Origin: Camelus ferus
Lineage: Eukaryota
NCBI RefSeq assembly: GCF_009834535.1
Contig: NC_045697.1
Coordinates: forward strand, 13,890,001-13,954,000
Reading direction: 5' to 3'
DNA length: 64,000 nucleotides
Made by a program: the position numbers and the translations under genes. A model generated the notes under the pieces. The model saw only the letters and a list, made by a program, of their open reading frames with translations. It was not told the origin of the DNA and did no database searches. Position 1 is the stretch's first letter. The number at the start of each line of letters is the position of its first letter. Positions 52,445-64,000 of the stretch are shown here, piece after piece.

Positions 52445-52950
52445 TGTGCAGACTATTACATTGGTCCCCATGAAGTACACCCTCCAGTACTCATGGCCTC
52501 ATGGAGTCCCTTTGATTGAATCTGAGTTTGGCCTCATGACTGGCATTGGTTAGTGAGACATCAGTGAGTGAGATGCAAGCAGAGGTGTGATAAATTTTGG
52601 CATATTGGGGATTGTCCTCTTGGAATGCTTGCAGTTGGAGTGCATCTTCTTGGAACAGCTACCATGCCACGAGGAAGCCCAGGAAGTGACGTAGGGAAGT
52701 CCACATGGAGTGAAACTGAGATCCCCAGCCAACATTCACATCTTTGCTCCCAGCCAACCCCAACCACCAAGCCATTTTGCAACTTCTAGCCATCTCAGCA
52801 CCACCCTCCTCCGATTTATTTATCATATAAAGGAAGCAAACTGCTTGCTCAAAAGAGCAAAACCACAGGATTTTGAGATAATGATTGATTATCATTTTAA
52901 GTCACTAAGTTTGAGGGTGCTTTGTTACATCGCAGTGTATAATTCAAACA
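52445..52950 (+). mobile_element. MaLR solo LTR (MLT1 family) with intact 5-bp TSD
   Basis: TG...CA termini flanked by the perfect direct repeat GGAAT (52440-52444 and 52951-52955). Internal MLT1-like motifs ctaccatgccacgaggaagccc and 3' tttaagtcactaagtttgagggtgctttgttacatcgca. Confidence 0.9.
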
Positions 52951-54299
52951 GGAATCAAGAATAGCTTTCCTATACTTGGTCTGAATTGGTTGGTGGATTG
53001 TGACACCTTTATTTAGCTAAGATCAGAAATGCGAGAGGAGCAGCCCCTTCCTAGGACACTAGACTGAACTCCCGAAAAGAGGAGTCAATCTTTTTACTGC
53101 ATTTTAGCTCATAAAAGGGACTCAAAACTGCTGAATGCAGTATCGAAAGAAAGCCATACTTAGATAATGGTGTGACATTTGGTCAGTGTTAGATGGAGAA
53201 CCTTTCAGATGGCTTTCCTTTTTGTTGTTGCTCCAGTTTATCATGGAAGCCTGTGATCTCACATACTGAATGATGACAGGTGTAAACACATACGTGCGTG
53301 CACACATATGTTAAAAAGGAAGGCACAATATCCTTTCAACTAAAACTGGTTAGATCATATCCCCTGGGGAAAAAAATTAAGGTCTATACCATATGTTAAA
53401 AAACTGAAACTAATGAACAAATTTTAATAACATAGGGTAAACCAGGCTTATCCATTATGTTACATTTACTCTAACATATACAGAATACCATGCACAGGAA
53501 ACCTCTAATTACACACACAGCTTGCATACCTGGGTTAGGATGTTTGGGGCCCCATCTGAATGAGAGACAAATGATGTGTTTAGGGACAGGTTACTACTTC
53601 CTGATGAAAATGTACAGTTTAGAAGTCCAAAATAAGCTACGATGGATTAAATAAACTATGATAGGATTGCTTAAGTGTGTAGATTTTCAAAGCTCTGATT
53701 TCCTCCTACAGAGTTTTGCATAATTCTAACATCTTCATTGCTATCCAAATGTCATTTGACCCAGAAATAAGTCCTGGAACCTGGGTCATGCTGGAAGAAA
53801 AGAAAAATGATAGACTCAGTTAAATCAGTGAAAGATGATGAAAGGATTTTTTTTTTAAGCTTCTGAAACTTAAAGCAGCAGGGGGCAGTAGAACATTTGA
53901 GTAAGGAACCGGGGGAAAGGAGGACTGGTCAGTAGAGAAGGACATTGACATCTCTCGGGAAGTGTTATTTTAAACTTTTTTTTTTTAATTTTATACACAA
54001 GACTCTTTTTCTTCATTACTCAGATTTTCTGCTCTCACCATCCTGCAAGCTGGGGTTGAATAGTCAGATATAGCCCAACATTAAAATTAATAGTAAATGA
54101 AACCACTCCTTTAGAAGAAAGAACTTTTGCTCCTTTCTCAACTAAATCAGTCACTAGAATTCGCTTCTGTGCATGATATACAATACCAGTTTGTGTTTTA
54201 ATCCTCTTTTCCTCTTGTGTATAACTTTGAAAGTCCTAATAAGTAGGGTAGAGGGACTCAAATTAGGAAGCATGAGAATTGTAAACCAGAGACTGAATT

Positions 54300-54805
54300 G
54301 TGTTTAATTTTTCAGTAGGTGTTCAGGGCTCTTTTCTCCAGGAGCTGGAGGTCTTTATCCCACTGCGCTTTCTCAGGCTGCTCTTGCGCTAGCAAGTCAG
54401 ATCAAACCAATCTTTATTTCTAGAGAAATCTGTTGCTCTCCTGCCTCTGTGCCTTTGCTTACACTGAACGTTTTACCTACATTTCTCGTATGTCCATGAC
54501 TCCAACTTATAATCAATTCTTCAAACTTATTTTAGAATCCAGATTGTTGGTGGTCACTTCCCATGTTCCCCAACCAAAGTAGCTGCACCCCCACTGCATT
54601 CTCCCTAGCGGTATCCATGCACTTAGAGTGCATGATTTTCTACCTTATTTTTTTTTAAATCATCATTTGCATAAAATTGGTATTTTCCTCGTGGGATCCT
54701 CAACTCCCTCAGTGTAAAAATTCATCTTTCTGACATGCACACAGCACCTACTGTAGTTCCTTATTCTTGTTACACATCTGAGTAATATTTTTTCAATCCA
54801 CAAAT
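54300..54805 (+). mobile_element. L2 fragment
   Basis: ctcctgcctctgtgcctttgcttacactg...cagcacctactgtagttcctta...ctgagtaatatt. Confidence 0.5.
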
Positions 54806-54879
54806 GCACTTTCCCTTGTTAAATCTTACCTATATTGAATTCAAGTATTCAAGAAGGTGGGAGGTGAAAGGGCAGGAAA

Positions 54880-55130
54880 CTAACATTTATTAAGTAACTA
54901 ACATTATTAAATGTGTGCCAGGGACTCGGATTTTTTTGTGTGTCAGTTCTCTTCAAATCTTTGTAGCAGCTCTTTGAGATGGGTAACGTGTCCGTGCAGA
55001 TGAGAACATGGAGCTCACAGGCGGTGACTTGCCCAAGCTCACACAGACGGTGTGAGCCAGAACCGGGATTTGAGACTCCCCCGTCTCCCCTCACAACCTT
55101 CAAAGCCCTCATTGTTTTTACTACACAGCA
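54880..55130 (-). mobile_element. MIR SINE (near full length)
   Basis: aacatttattaag...atgtgtgccagg...cagatgagaacatggagctcacaggcggtgacttgcccaagctcacacag...gagccagaaccgggatttga. Confidence 0.8.
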
Positions 55131-55704
55131 AGCAGTTATTTCTTTTCTCCTACGTGCCACATTACTCCTTTATGAACTATTGATTCTACATGGAATAAAA
55201 TACTATCCCTGTCTTTGAAAGGCTCACATTCCAGCAGGAGAGAGATTAAAGTAATTATTGATTCTGAGGGATCCATGAGTCCATGGCGAGGGGACCCTCA
55301 GCTGTATGGAGAGAGATGCACCTCGCAAAAAGCTGTAGATCAGATTTGAGAGGCGACGGGGCCCTGGGGGATTAGCAGTTCACCAGGTGGGGAAGGCGGA
55401 GAGGCTCCTCGGGCAGAGGAAGGAGTGTAAGGCCAGGAAATGGGAAGGCAGACTCCAAATATATCACTTCATCAGGTAGGAGTGGACTTTGAAATTTGTG
55501 TAAGTGTCCAGACGAGAGCAGAAGATGCTGTCGTCTCATCACAGGGTCTCTGGGGCCATACAAGGTCCCAACAAGCAACCTGATGTGTTAAATTCCAGGA
55601 ATGCAGTAGCTTGTAGATTAGATATGATAGAGCAGAGAGAGGTTTATGGGTTAGATATGAAAGCAGCAGTTTATACTGAATCTGTAAGGTCAGACAGGAC
55701 ATAT

Positions 55705-55915
55705 ATGAGGGCAGGCAACGTTGATGAAGGATCTGTGGACTTTGGAATCCCAGCTCTGACACTTTTTACCTACGTGGTATTGACCTGCCTTCTTTGTGCC
55801 CTGGCCACTGCCCCTGTGAAATGGGGGCATTAACTCCCTCAAAGACCAGTGGCGGGGGTTAGAGAACTGATACAGCCCTGACAGACCGTGGTGGTGTTCA
55901 GTGAACGCACGCTTG
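55705..55915 (+). mobile_element. MIR SINE
   Basis: tgtggactttggaatcccagctctgacacttttta...tctttgtgccc...ctgtgaaatggggg. Confidence 0.6.
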
Positions 55916-56799
55916 TCTATAGGCTTCCCTTCTCTGCACATGAGTATACTTATAAAAATGTTGGTAAAGCACTAAATTGCTAAGACTATATATTTTTATA
56001 TGTTGTTATATGAAGTAGGATCAAGATTGTAATTATATACATACATGTGTACAGAGGTACATAAATACAGACACATGTATTTGTGTAATATAATGAAATC
56101 CTGATGATATAAAGGGCATGAAAGTTTGCACACTTCATCTTCTTACCTTTACCAGCATGAAATAAAAATGGTTTCGTCATTCTTCATTGAGTCTTCTTTT
56201 GGGGAGTTTTGAGAGTAAGTCTAATTTTGTGCCATTCCTAAGACATTTTAGGCTTCTAACATCGTTATTAATTCAGGATTACAAATGATGTGATTCTTCT
56301 GGTTTATAAACCAGTTTCCTTGGTTTTTAAATCTGTACAATTAACAATAGTGCTGTGCTGGTAACTGAAATAATGTTTGCCAAAAGTCCTATTCTAGGTA
56401 TTTTTAAGTTGAAAGAGTAAATATTCTGTTTACAATAAAGTTACTCTCAAGTATTTCACAAACAACAATGAAAATTTTTTTTAGTAAGAACTCCAGTTAA
56501 AGTATGAAGGACCTCCAGTTAGAATTTCCCGGGCTAGAAGCTTCTTGACACACTCACATCCCTACTTTCAGTCTCTGCATAAGGCAGTGAGCCCTCTTCT
56601 TGGTTATAACTAATTTATTTTTTTCTTGATCCTATCTGGTTTATTTTTCACCAAGTATTTCCATTTCTCTTGTATTTTTAGTTCATTGCTTTTTATTAGC
56701 CCTTTTCCTCTGCCTGCAAATATGATCAAGATTCCCCTGTCCTTAAAACAACAACAAAAAAAAGGAAGCAAAAAATGAAATCTCTTGTTTTAAACCTCA

Positions 56800-57445
56800 C
56801 CACCAACTAGCACCGCTGAAATCTGGATTCACCATCCCAGAACTTCAGATTCGTACTTGAAAATATTTGCTGCCCGTATAACTTGGACGAAAAACGATCA
56901 ACTCAAACTTCACCAGCACAAAAAAGTTCTCTTTCTCTCTCTGAGCTGTACTCCTTTCACCCCCATCAAGGATGTGTTCGTTTCCTCTGTTTTCTTTTGT
57001 AGCTCCCAGCACTACATTCCCTGGGTCACTTAGGGCACCAACCTGGTATCAGACTCAGACGTTCCTCTCCTCCTCACATCCTGTGAACCTTAATCCTTGA
57101 CAGTTTTGCCTCCTAAGTATTTCTTGAGTCTTTCTTTTCCTTTCCTATCCTGTTTACCATTGCTTTAGATTATTACATTTGTCTGAAATGGTCTTGCTGG
57201 CTAGAGTCATGCTTCCTTTCCATCAATGAATTTGTCCCAATTACTGCAGAGTACTCTGTCTCAAAATTGTCTCCCCATGTAATTATGCTGAAAGCTCTTT
57301 AATGCTGCTTGGACTCATTCTCTGACTTAATTTCAACTTAGCTTTCATTTATAAAATCTTCAAAAGAAAAGAATGTGTTTGTTATTATCTGTATTCCCAG
57401 AACCTGTCACAGGAGAGGTAGTCCATAAATCCTTGTGAACTGAAA
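56800..57445 (+). mobile_element. L2 fragments
   Basis: caactcaaact...ccaacctggtatcagactcagacgttcctctcc...ttattatctgtattcccagaacctgtcacagg...ccataaatccttgtgaactgaa. Confidence 0.5.
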
Positions 57446-60164
57446 TCAATACTTTATACTAAAATAATTTTGACAAAAATAAATGTATAGGAAAATTTGG
57501 GAAATTAGAAAACAGTTTTGAAGTTTAAACTCTACATCCCATTTTAAGACTGTTGTTATAACAAGATTATCCCTCAGATATTTACATTTACAGGTAAATA
57601 TAACATTAACTTTTAAAGCTGTGATGAAATAATGTTGAATACCTTTATATTGTGCTAGAATGGCAGTGTTACAAATTAAAAAAGAGGTTGTAATCTTAGG
57701 TAGGACTTGGTGTGTTGTAGACAGGCATTCTGATTGTATGTTAAATACAAGTTAGTATGGAAAACAATTTATAAAATTTAAAAATTTTTCCTAAATTTTT
57801 CTGAAGCTTATGTTACATACCGTTACTGGCAGTGGATAGTACTAGTTTGGCTGGAAGGTTTTCTTTGTTTTGTTTTACTGTTATAATTGAAATGGACTAT
57901 TCTTTATAGAATATTCAGTAAATTATACAGAATATTAAGGCTTGATTGATTGCAAAATTAATGTAATTTTGTTTGAAATGCACTCTATTAAGCCACTGAA
58001 AATGTGTATCCCATAAGTTATTTGCTGAATTAGTATTCAGATGAAAACATACTGAGTTTCTCAGGGCTTTTAATATTGGTTCTACTTCTGTAAGCATTTT
58101 AGCGTTCCAGTACAAGGAACGCAATTTGAATTGTTTACTGCTGTAAGCCACTGGTTATTTTCAGGCTTAAAGGAATAATAGTGTTTAGCGACAATGTGGT
58201 ATTTTCTAAAAGCACGTGAAATATTTCACGAATAAGATTAGCTAAAGAATTTAGTCTCATTTTATGACCATGACAGTTTAGGTGTGCAACATGAGAAGTT
58301 TGTATTTTCAGAACAGTTTCTCAGAGTGTTATTTTAAAGAAAATGAAACTCTTTCCTATAGGATCAGATATTGGGTTTCCACTAAGTGTGTTAAATATCT
58401 GGTTTTAAGTTACGGTATGGAAAATTTAGGTTACTCACTTATTTAGGCATTTTAATGTGAACCAAGAAGAGCTTAATAATTATAATTATAATTTAATAAT
58501 TATAATTGAAAACTGTCATACAGATATGATGGTGTGATATCATTTAGTGAAACACTAAGAATTTTTATAATTTCTTCTTTGTCAGAATGTCTTGGGGACT
58601 TTTGTTTCTTGACTTTCCCCCTCCCCCCTCCCCCCCAGACACAGTTTGCTGTGTGACCAAGCTGGGTCAGAAGGTTGGAGAAGGAGGGATGGCCGAGGAG
58701 GGGCAGTTCTGGGGCGGCTGGACCAGGGGCCAGACTGGAACATTCTCTTCTCCTCTGAGGCAACAGGACTTCAGTAGCTTCTTTTGGTCAAAAATAAACC
58801 TAAGGCCTAGAGGAGCAAAGTTTGATGTTTCCTATCGTGATTGGATTTTAGAAATGGCATTATTTGATTCCAGTTAAATTCTTGAAATCTGTAATATGAA
58901 TGTCTTTGTTGTTGTGAAGATCTTTTAGGAATACAAGGAAGAAACAAAGAACTGGTATTAAAAAAACATTCTTTAAACTCCTGGAAACATCTCCTGGGAA
59001 GGAATGTTCCAGTTTTAAATCATTTTAGTGGTTTATTAAATTGACACTCTTTCATGAAAATTAAATGGATGTTAGTGTCATAAAACATCAGAATGGATTT
59101 ATAAGAGCTTACTTGTTTTATAATACCAGATAAGCATTTCTTTTCATGATTAGATCACATTACGAGTTCCTTATCAAACAATGTATCTCAGAGAAGTACA
59201 AATTGTTTTAGATTACCATTTTAAATTAACATTCTCCCATTTTCATGAGTAACCACCATTCATGGAATGTTATAGAGATTATATGCTATGGTTCTAGATA
59301 AATTAAAATACATACTAAGGGAAAAAATTCCCAGATATTATTTAGAGTAGAACTTATAATTAATACTTTCATCTCTCTTCAGATAACAAATGTACAACAG
59401 ATTTTCTTTGTTTTAATAACTATCATTCTAATAATTTACATGGGGTTCTGTCTATAAGAAATTGATTATAATTTTTGCTGCTTGATTTTCAGTAGAGGTG
59501 CTGTTATTATTCAGCTATTTAAAATGTATTGGGTCAGCATTCACCTTAATCTAAGCTTTCTGTCTTTTAAGAATGTTCTGTCACATAGAATGTTGACAGA
59601 AAAGAAGTCTAACCCTAACCAAAAAATAATACCAAGGTTTTGGATTTCAACAGCAAACTATGTGGCTTTGGGGTTGGAGGGTTTTCATTCAATCCTACTA
59701 GCCAAGTGAGTCCATGGCAGTGTTGCGTTCTAGCAGCAATGGTATCTGTCAGCCCCAATGCTGACATTGGTAGTCGTTGGTATTTTAGCTAATAGTTCAT
59801 TATTTGTGCCATTGCTTTACCTTTATCAAATTCCTAGCTGAGAGATTTGTATTTTGATCTAACTTACAATGAAAACAGACTGTGGTGAGTCTGAATTAAA
59901 AAAAAATCCAACAGTTTTGCCTGAGGAAATTTTTTATCATATTTGCTAACTATAAACACCTAGGTGAACTTGTGACAGCCAGTCACTAATAATTCCTGGC
60001 AATCATTGCAAGAAAAAGCATTTAAAAAATGAAAGAAAAAAATTTACTGATTTGGTTGCATAAATAAGAACATTATGGAGTTTCAGAAAATAGTCTGATC
60101 AGTGATAATCATATGTTATGCAGTAGAAATTACTAAATTATGTCATTCAACAGCTTGGAGAGAT

Positions 60165-60230
60165 GTATGTGTATGTGTGTGTGTATACATATACATATAT
60201 ACATATATATACACACATATACATATATAA
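60165..60230. repeat. Compound (TG)/(TA)/(CA) low-complexity tract
   Basis: tgtatgtgtatgtgtgtgtgtatacatatacatatatacatatatatacacacatatacatatat. Confidence 0.85.
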
Positions 60231-60849
60231 ATTTTTTTAATTGTCCCTTTAAAGAACTGGGATTTAATCTGTATACTCACACTTATGTGCACACACAGAC
60301 ACACAGACACACAAGCTTAGTTAATCAAGTTTACATCTTTCTTACTTCAAGTTATTATGAAATTTATTTTGTAGCTTGAAATGCTATTATTTGATTTTAT
60401 TGTTAAACATATGTCTTTGACAATCTCTGTGTGATTGTGTTAGAATTTGACATGATTAAGAGAGTCTTCAGTTCTGTAATTCGTACTGGTGCTTCTAGAC
60501 TAGTTGTAAGATATTGTTCACAAACCATATTGATTTAATCACATTCTCCTGTAGTCTTTTGCCACAGTATTTGGCTTCTTTTAGAAAGTAACCTTCTTAT
60601 TGCTTTCTGCCTTCTATTTTTCTTTTTTCTTTAATTTTTCCACATCACTGCTTAAATGTCTTAGAGACCATATTTTTACAACTATTTTTAGGGTCTCAAA
60701 AATAAATGTTTTATGTATTATAACTGCAAGTGGAATGCTATTCTTGGTTTGTGGGTCTTAGGTTGTTTCTCAGTCCTGAGGCAATTCAAGTTGAAAATTG
60801 AATGATGAGTGTATTTCTGGCAACCCCAGGTCAGATATACATTCTGAGA

Positions 60850-61020
60850 GGCAGGATGACATAGTGGAAAGTGTTGGCCTCTGGTGTCAGAAAAACCTGA
60901 ATTTATATTCCAGCTCTCTACTTATCAGTTGTGTTGCCTTGGACGACTTTCTCAGTCTTTGTTTTCTCATCCTTAATACAGAAGTAATGAGATCTGCTTC
61001 TCAGGATTAAATGAAATGTT
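60850..61020 (+). mobile_element. MIR SINE
   Basis: gcaggatgacatagtggaaag...ctctggtgtcagaaaaacctgaatttatattccagctctctacttatcagttgtgttgccttggac...tttctcatccttaatacag. Confidence 0.8.
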
Positions 61021-61149
61021 GAGACATGTCAAGGATTAGAAACACTGCATAATGACAGAGTTCAAACACCCTTCATTCCCACCTGGAAAACAAATATTTT
61101 ACAGCTTTAGAGGTTAATGTATATATACAGACACATTTATTCCAAAATT

Positions 61150-61290
61150 TTCTATAAATAAATAAATGTATAAGTAGGTATTTACTGAGTTCCTACTGTT
61201 TGCCAGGCTCTGTTCTTGATTCTTGAGATACATGATTCAACAAAACAAAGACAACTCCCCTCCCCCCCATCTTTGTACAACTTAGTAATT
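61150..61290 (-). mobile_element. L2 3' end
   Basis: gtatttactgagttcctactgtttgccaggctctgttcttgattcttgagataca...caaaacaaagacaactccc. Confidence 0.65.
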
Positions 61291-61479
61291 TGGAAAGTAA
61301 ACATTGTAAACTTTCTTTCAATGTCACTAATGTTTGTTTTAAACCAGTCCAGCAATCTGGGCTGTCTGTTTTCTTGGCTCACACTATATTCATATTTCCA
61401 CGAAGCAATGGGGAGAAGAAAAAGTAGACCTGGTTAAGGGTTATTTACTTCTCATATAGAAAGAGGTCTTATGAATTGA

Positions 61480-62340
61480 TTCAGAAAGACAAATGATATA
61501 AGGGAAAGTGAGTAAATGATATTAATAGGTAATTCACAAAGGAAGACCTGCAGATGGCTAATAAATTCATGGAAAGCTGCCCAAAGTCACCAGCAGCATG
61601 GGAAATGCAAAGAAAAGGATATCTGGTATTTTGTTTACAACCTTGACAAAAGGGAGAAATAGTGATATTCTCTACTGTTGGTGAAGGTTTGGGGAAAATG
61701 AGCAAGTTTCTACATAGATGTAGGGGTTGTAACTTTTTTGGAAAGAGATCTGTATTACCTAGTAAAATTAAAAAATAAAAATAAATGTGATCATACCCCT
61801 GATTCAGCTGTTTCACTTTTAGTAATCTATCTTGTATAAATAAATGTACAAATATGTAAAACTATGTTTTCAACACTGTACTACATTACTGTGTGTAACA
61901 GCATAAAGCTAAGAAAGAGTACAGCGTCTCTCGATAAAGGGACATTTCCACACAAATGCGCTAATATTTGAAATATATCTTCAAAGCTATTCTTCATCAA
62001 TGTGAGAACAAAAATCTGGGAAAATTGTGAATCTTTCTTAATAATGGAATAGTTCAGTGAAGTATGGTGAACCCAAATGCAGCATTATGTAGATATTAAA
62101 AATGATGAATTAGAGCCTTCAGCATTGACCTCAGTGGATGTCCATGATATATTATTAAGTGAGAAAAAGATGTAGGCTTTTGGACCTATTATGATTCCAT
62201 TTTTGTTTTACTAATTCTGTATACATGGTTATATCAGATTTGAAGATGTTTTATAAACTTAGAGAAAGGGAAGAATGTATGTGGAACTGTTACCTCAGTG
62301 TGGGGGTTGTTGATGGGAGGGGGAAGTCACAGCGCTGGAC
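61480..62340 (+). mobile_element. Ancient L1 (L1ME-like) ORF2 C-terminus / 3' UTR relic
   Basis: ataggtaattcacaaaggaagacctgcagatggctaataaattcatggaaag..., tgttggtgaaggtttggggaaa, tccatgatatattattaagtgagaaaa. Heavily degenerate. Confidence 0.75.
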
Positions 62341-63654
62341 CTTCTCCCTGATTTGTTTGAGTTAGTTTAATTATCATGGATAATGTAGTGATTAAATACA
62401 AAGTAGAAATACTAGAATTTCAAGCTATTAGAAATGGTCTATTTAGAGTTTCATTGGTATATCCTTTATCAGAGAGGAGGTCAGTACAGAATGCATTGTG
62501 ATGCTCTGCATATAGTAGGTGTTCAGTCAATATTTCAATCATTCATTAATTGAAATGTATGGAGAACTCTATATTCAAGGACTTTTAACACCTACATATA
62601 TGTATGTGTGTCTCCCTCTTTCTTTCTCTATATGTACATAAAATATTTACTTTTTACAATATACGTCCATGTAAAAATACTTTGAGAGCTATTGCATGAA
62701 AGGTACTTTTGTCTCGAAATGACGTCCCTGCTTTGTGTGGACTTCTATCTTCTTGGTGGTGGGAATGAGCCGAGCAAGGATAGTAACAGAGCCTGCAGTA
62801 AAGTCACCTACCTCCGGCTTCCTCTCAGTCTCCAAAAATGTGAACTGGGCAAGGCATAGTGAACTTTATGCATTCATTCACTCAGTTACTCCAGGGTTTA
62901 TTGCTTGCTACGCCTTATGGGGGAAACAAAGATTTATTCTTGGGTCTTTTGCCTACAAGGAGTTTACAGTTCTGCGAGTTATAAACATGTCATCAATTCC
63001 ATGCCACTTAATTTCTTTCTTTTCAGCATTGATTATGGTTTTATTACATACTTATTATCAACTTTTACCCCAAAATCAACCCCCCCAACCCTTAAATACA
63101 TAGTATAAGGAGGTGAAGCCAGGCGGTGGTTTTGCTGAGGGACCAGAGAAAATGTTCTTATATAAGTTTATACATGATGTTTTTTATGTATAAAAAACTA
63201 AAATAAGATATAGAAGACAGTTTAGAGGTACTATAAAAATGTCTACCATGAGCATTATACTTATTGGACTAAAGATTCTAGTTTAACAAGCCTCAGTGAC
63301 ACTCATCTGCTAACAAAATTTTCTGTCTAATAAAACTTCCATTCTTTAAGCCCAGAATTCTAGTATTCTAGTAGACATTTATTCCCAGGATTCTCATTGT
63401 GAAAGTGTTGGCTTTTATTATATTTATGTTTTATCTAGTTATCTTAAAATATTTAATTATCAAAACTATAAAATTAAGTATTTTGTATAATATAAAATAT
63501 TTCATACTGTTTTTATATGTTTATATTTGTATCTTGAATATTCTTTTGTAATATAACTGCTAGAGTGACTGCCATACATACTTTTAGTTATACATTGCTG
63601 TCCATTGATATATTATCCAATTTTAATTCTTGTGAATATTTTTAGGTAGCATTA

Positions 63655-63790
63655 TTCCACTCTGAGCCTCAGTTTCTGCAGCTGTAAAATGGGATATCAG
63701 TAATGCACTTCTGAATTTGTCATGGAAAATACTACTTACCAAGTACACGTAGCCTGCTCCCCGTAACTGGTGGTTTAGCATTCAGTTAAC
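63655..63790 (+). mobile_element. MIR core and tail fragment
   Basis: actctgagcctcagtttctgcagctgtaaaatgggatat. Confidence 0.7.
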
Positions 63791-64000
63791 CACATACCAG
63801 TATTGTTTGTAATGAATTCCTATTGCAAAGCATCAACTGTGACACTGGCTGCCAGAATGTACTTTTCAGAATCATTCTTTTTCTTCTCATTAGAAGATAA
63901 AAGGACAAATGGTGAGACATTCCTCAAAAGTGTACTTCTCCATGTTGTGACTGATTCTCAAAAAAAGGAAAAAAGACACTTAAATGAAGGATTTCTGTTG

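Larger units (their letters stand above)
18276..64000 (+). other. SLIT2: SLIT2 intron 4 (5' part; continues beyond the window)
   Basis: The next expected peptide (DLSENQIQAIPRKAF...) was not seen downstream. The sequence is AT-rich and repeat-laden. SLIT2 intron 4 is known to be very long in mammals. Confidence 0.88.

Noticed and set aside
58982..59790. Short hairpins (ctggaaacatctcc/ggaatgttccag; tgtcagc/gctgaca) as miRNA-like structures
   Set aside because: Stems are too short or imperfect for a pre-miRNA and expected by chance.
18276..64000. miR-218-1 hairpin or SLIT2 exon 5
   Set aside because: Neither the miR-218 mature sequence (TTGTGCTTGATCTAACCATGT) nor exon 5 coding text was seen. 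Both lie much further downstream in known SLIT2 loci.
1..64000. CRISPR array, operon, or prokaryotic/viral insert constituting a novel system
   Set aside because: No regularly spaced repeats, no long intronless ORFs and no compositionally foreign block. Everything fits an ordinary mammalian SLIT2 5' locus.

Overview
This is mammalian genomic DNA containing the 5' end of the axon-guidance ligand gene SLIT2 on the + strand. It has a ~3.9 kb CpG island with GC boxes and a TATA box (877-884), then a ~1.9 kb GC-rich 5' leader with only four uAUGs. Coding exons 1-4 lie at 2833-3011, 5697-5768, 6918-6989 and 18204-18275 and encode the signal peptide, the LRRNT cap and the first LRRs. The rest is the first ~45.7 kb of the very long intron 4; exon 5 is not in the window. 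A tRNA-Ala-derived SINE of the Vic-1 type suggests a camelid genome, and I saw no Alu, B1/B2, Bov-tA, PRE1 or SINEC copies. Introns are AT-rich and carry old MIR, L2, L1 and MLT1 fragments. I found no credible new gene or multi-component system. The most interesting signals are modest: the core-promoter structure (G4 plus palindromes around TATA), the uORF and GGC-repeat architecture of the leader, a complex repair-like insertion scar in an L1 relic, and several candidate intronic enhancer, CTCF and RFX sites. Repeat boundaries and subfamily names are by-eye estimates.
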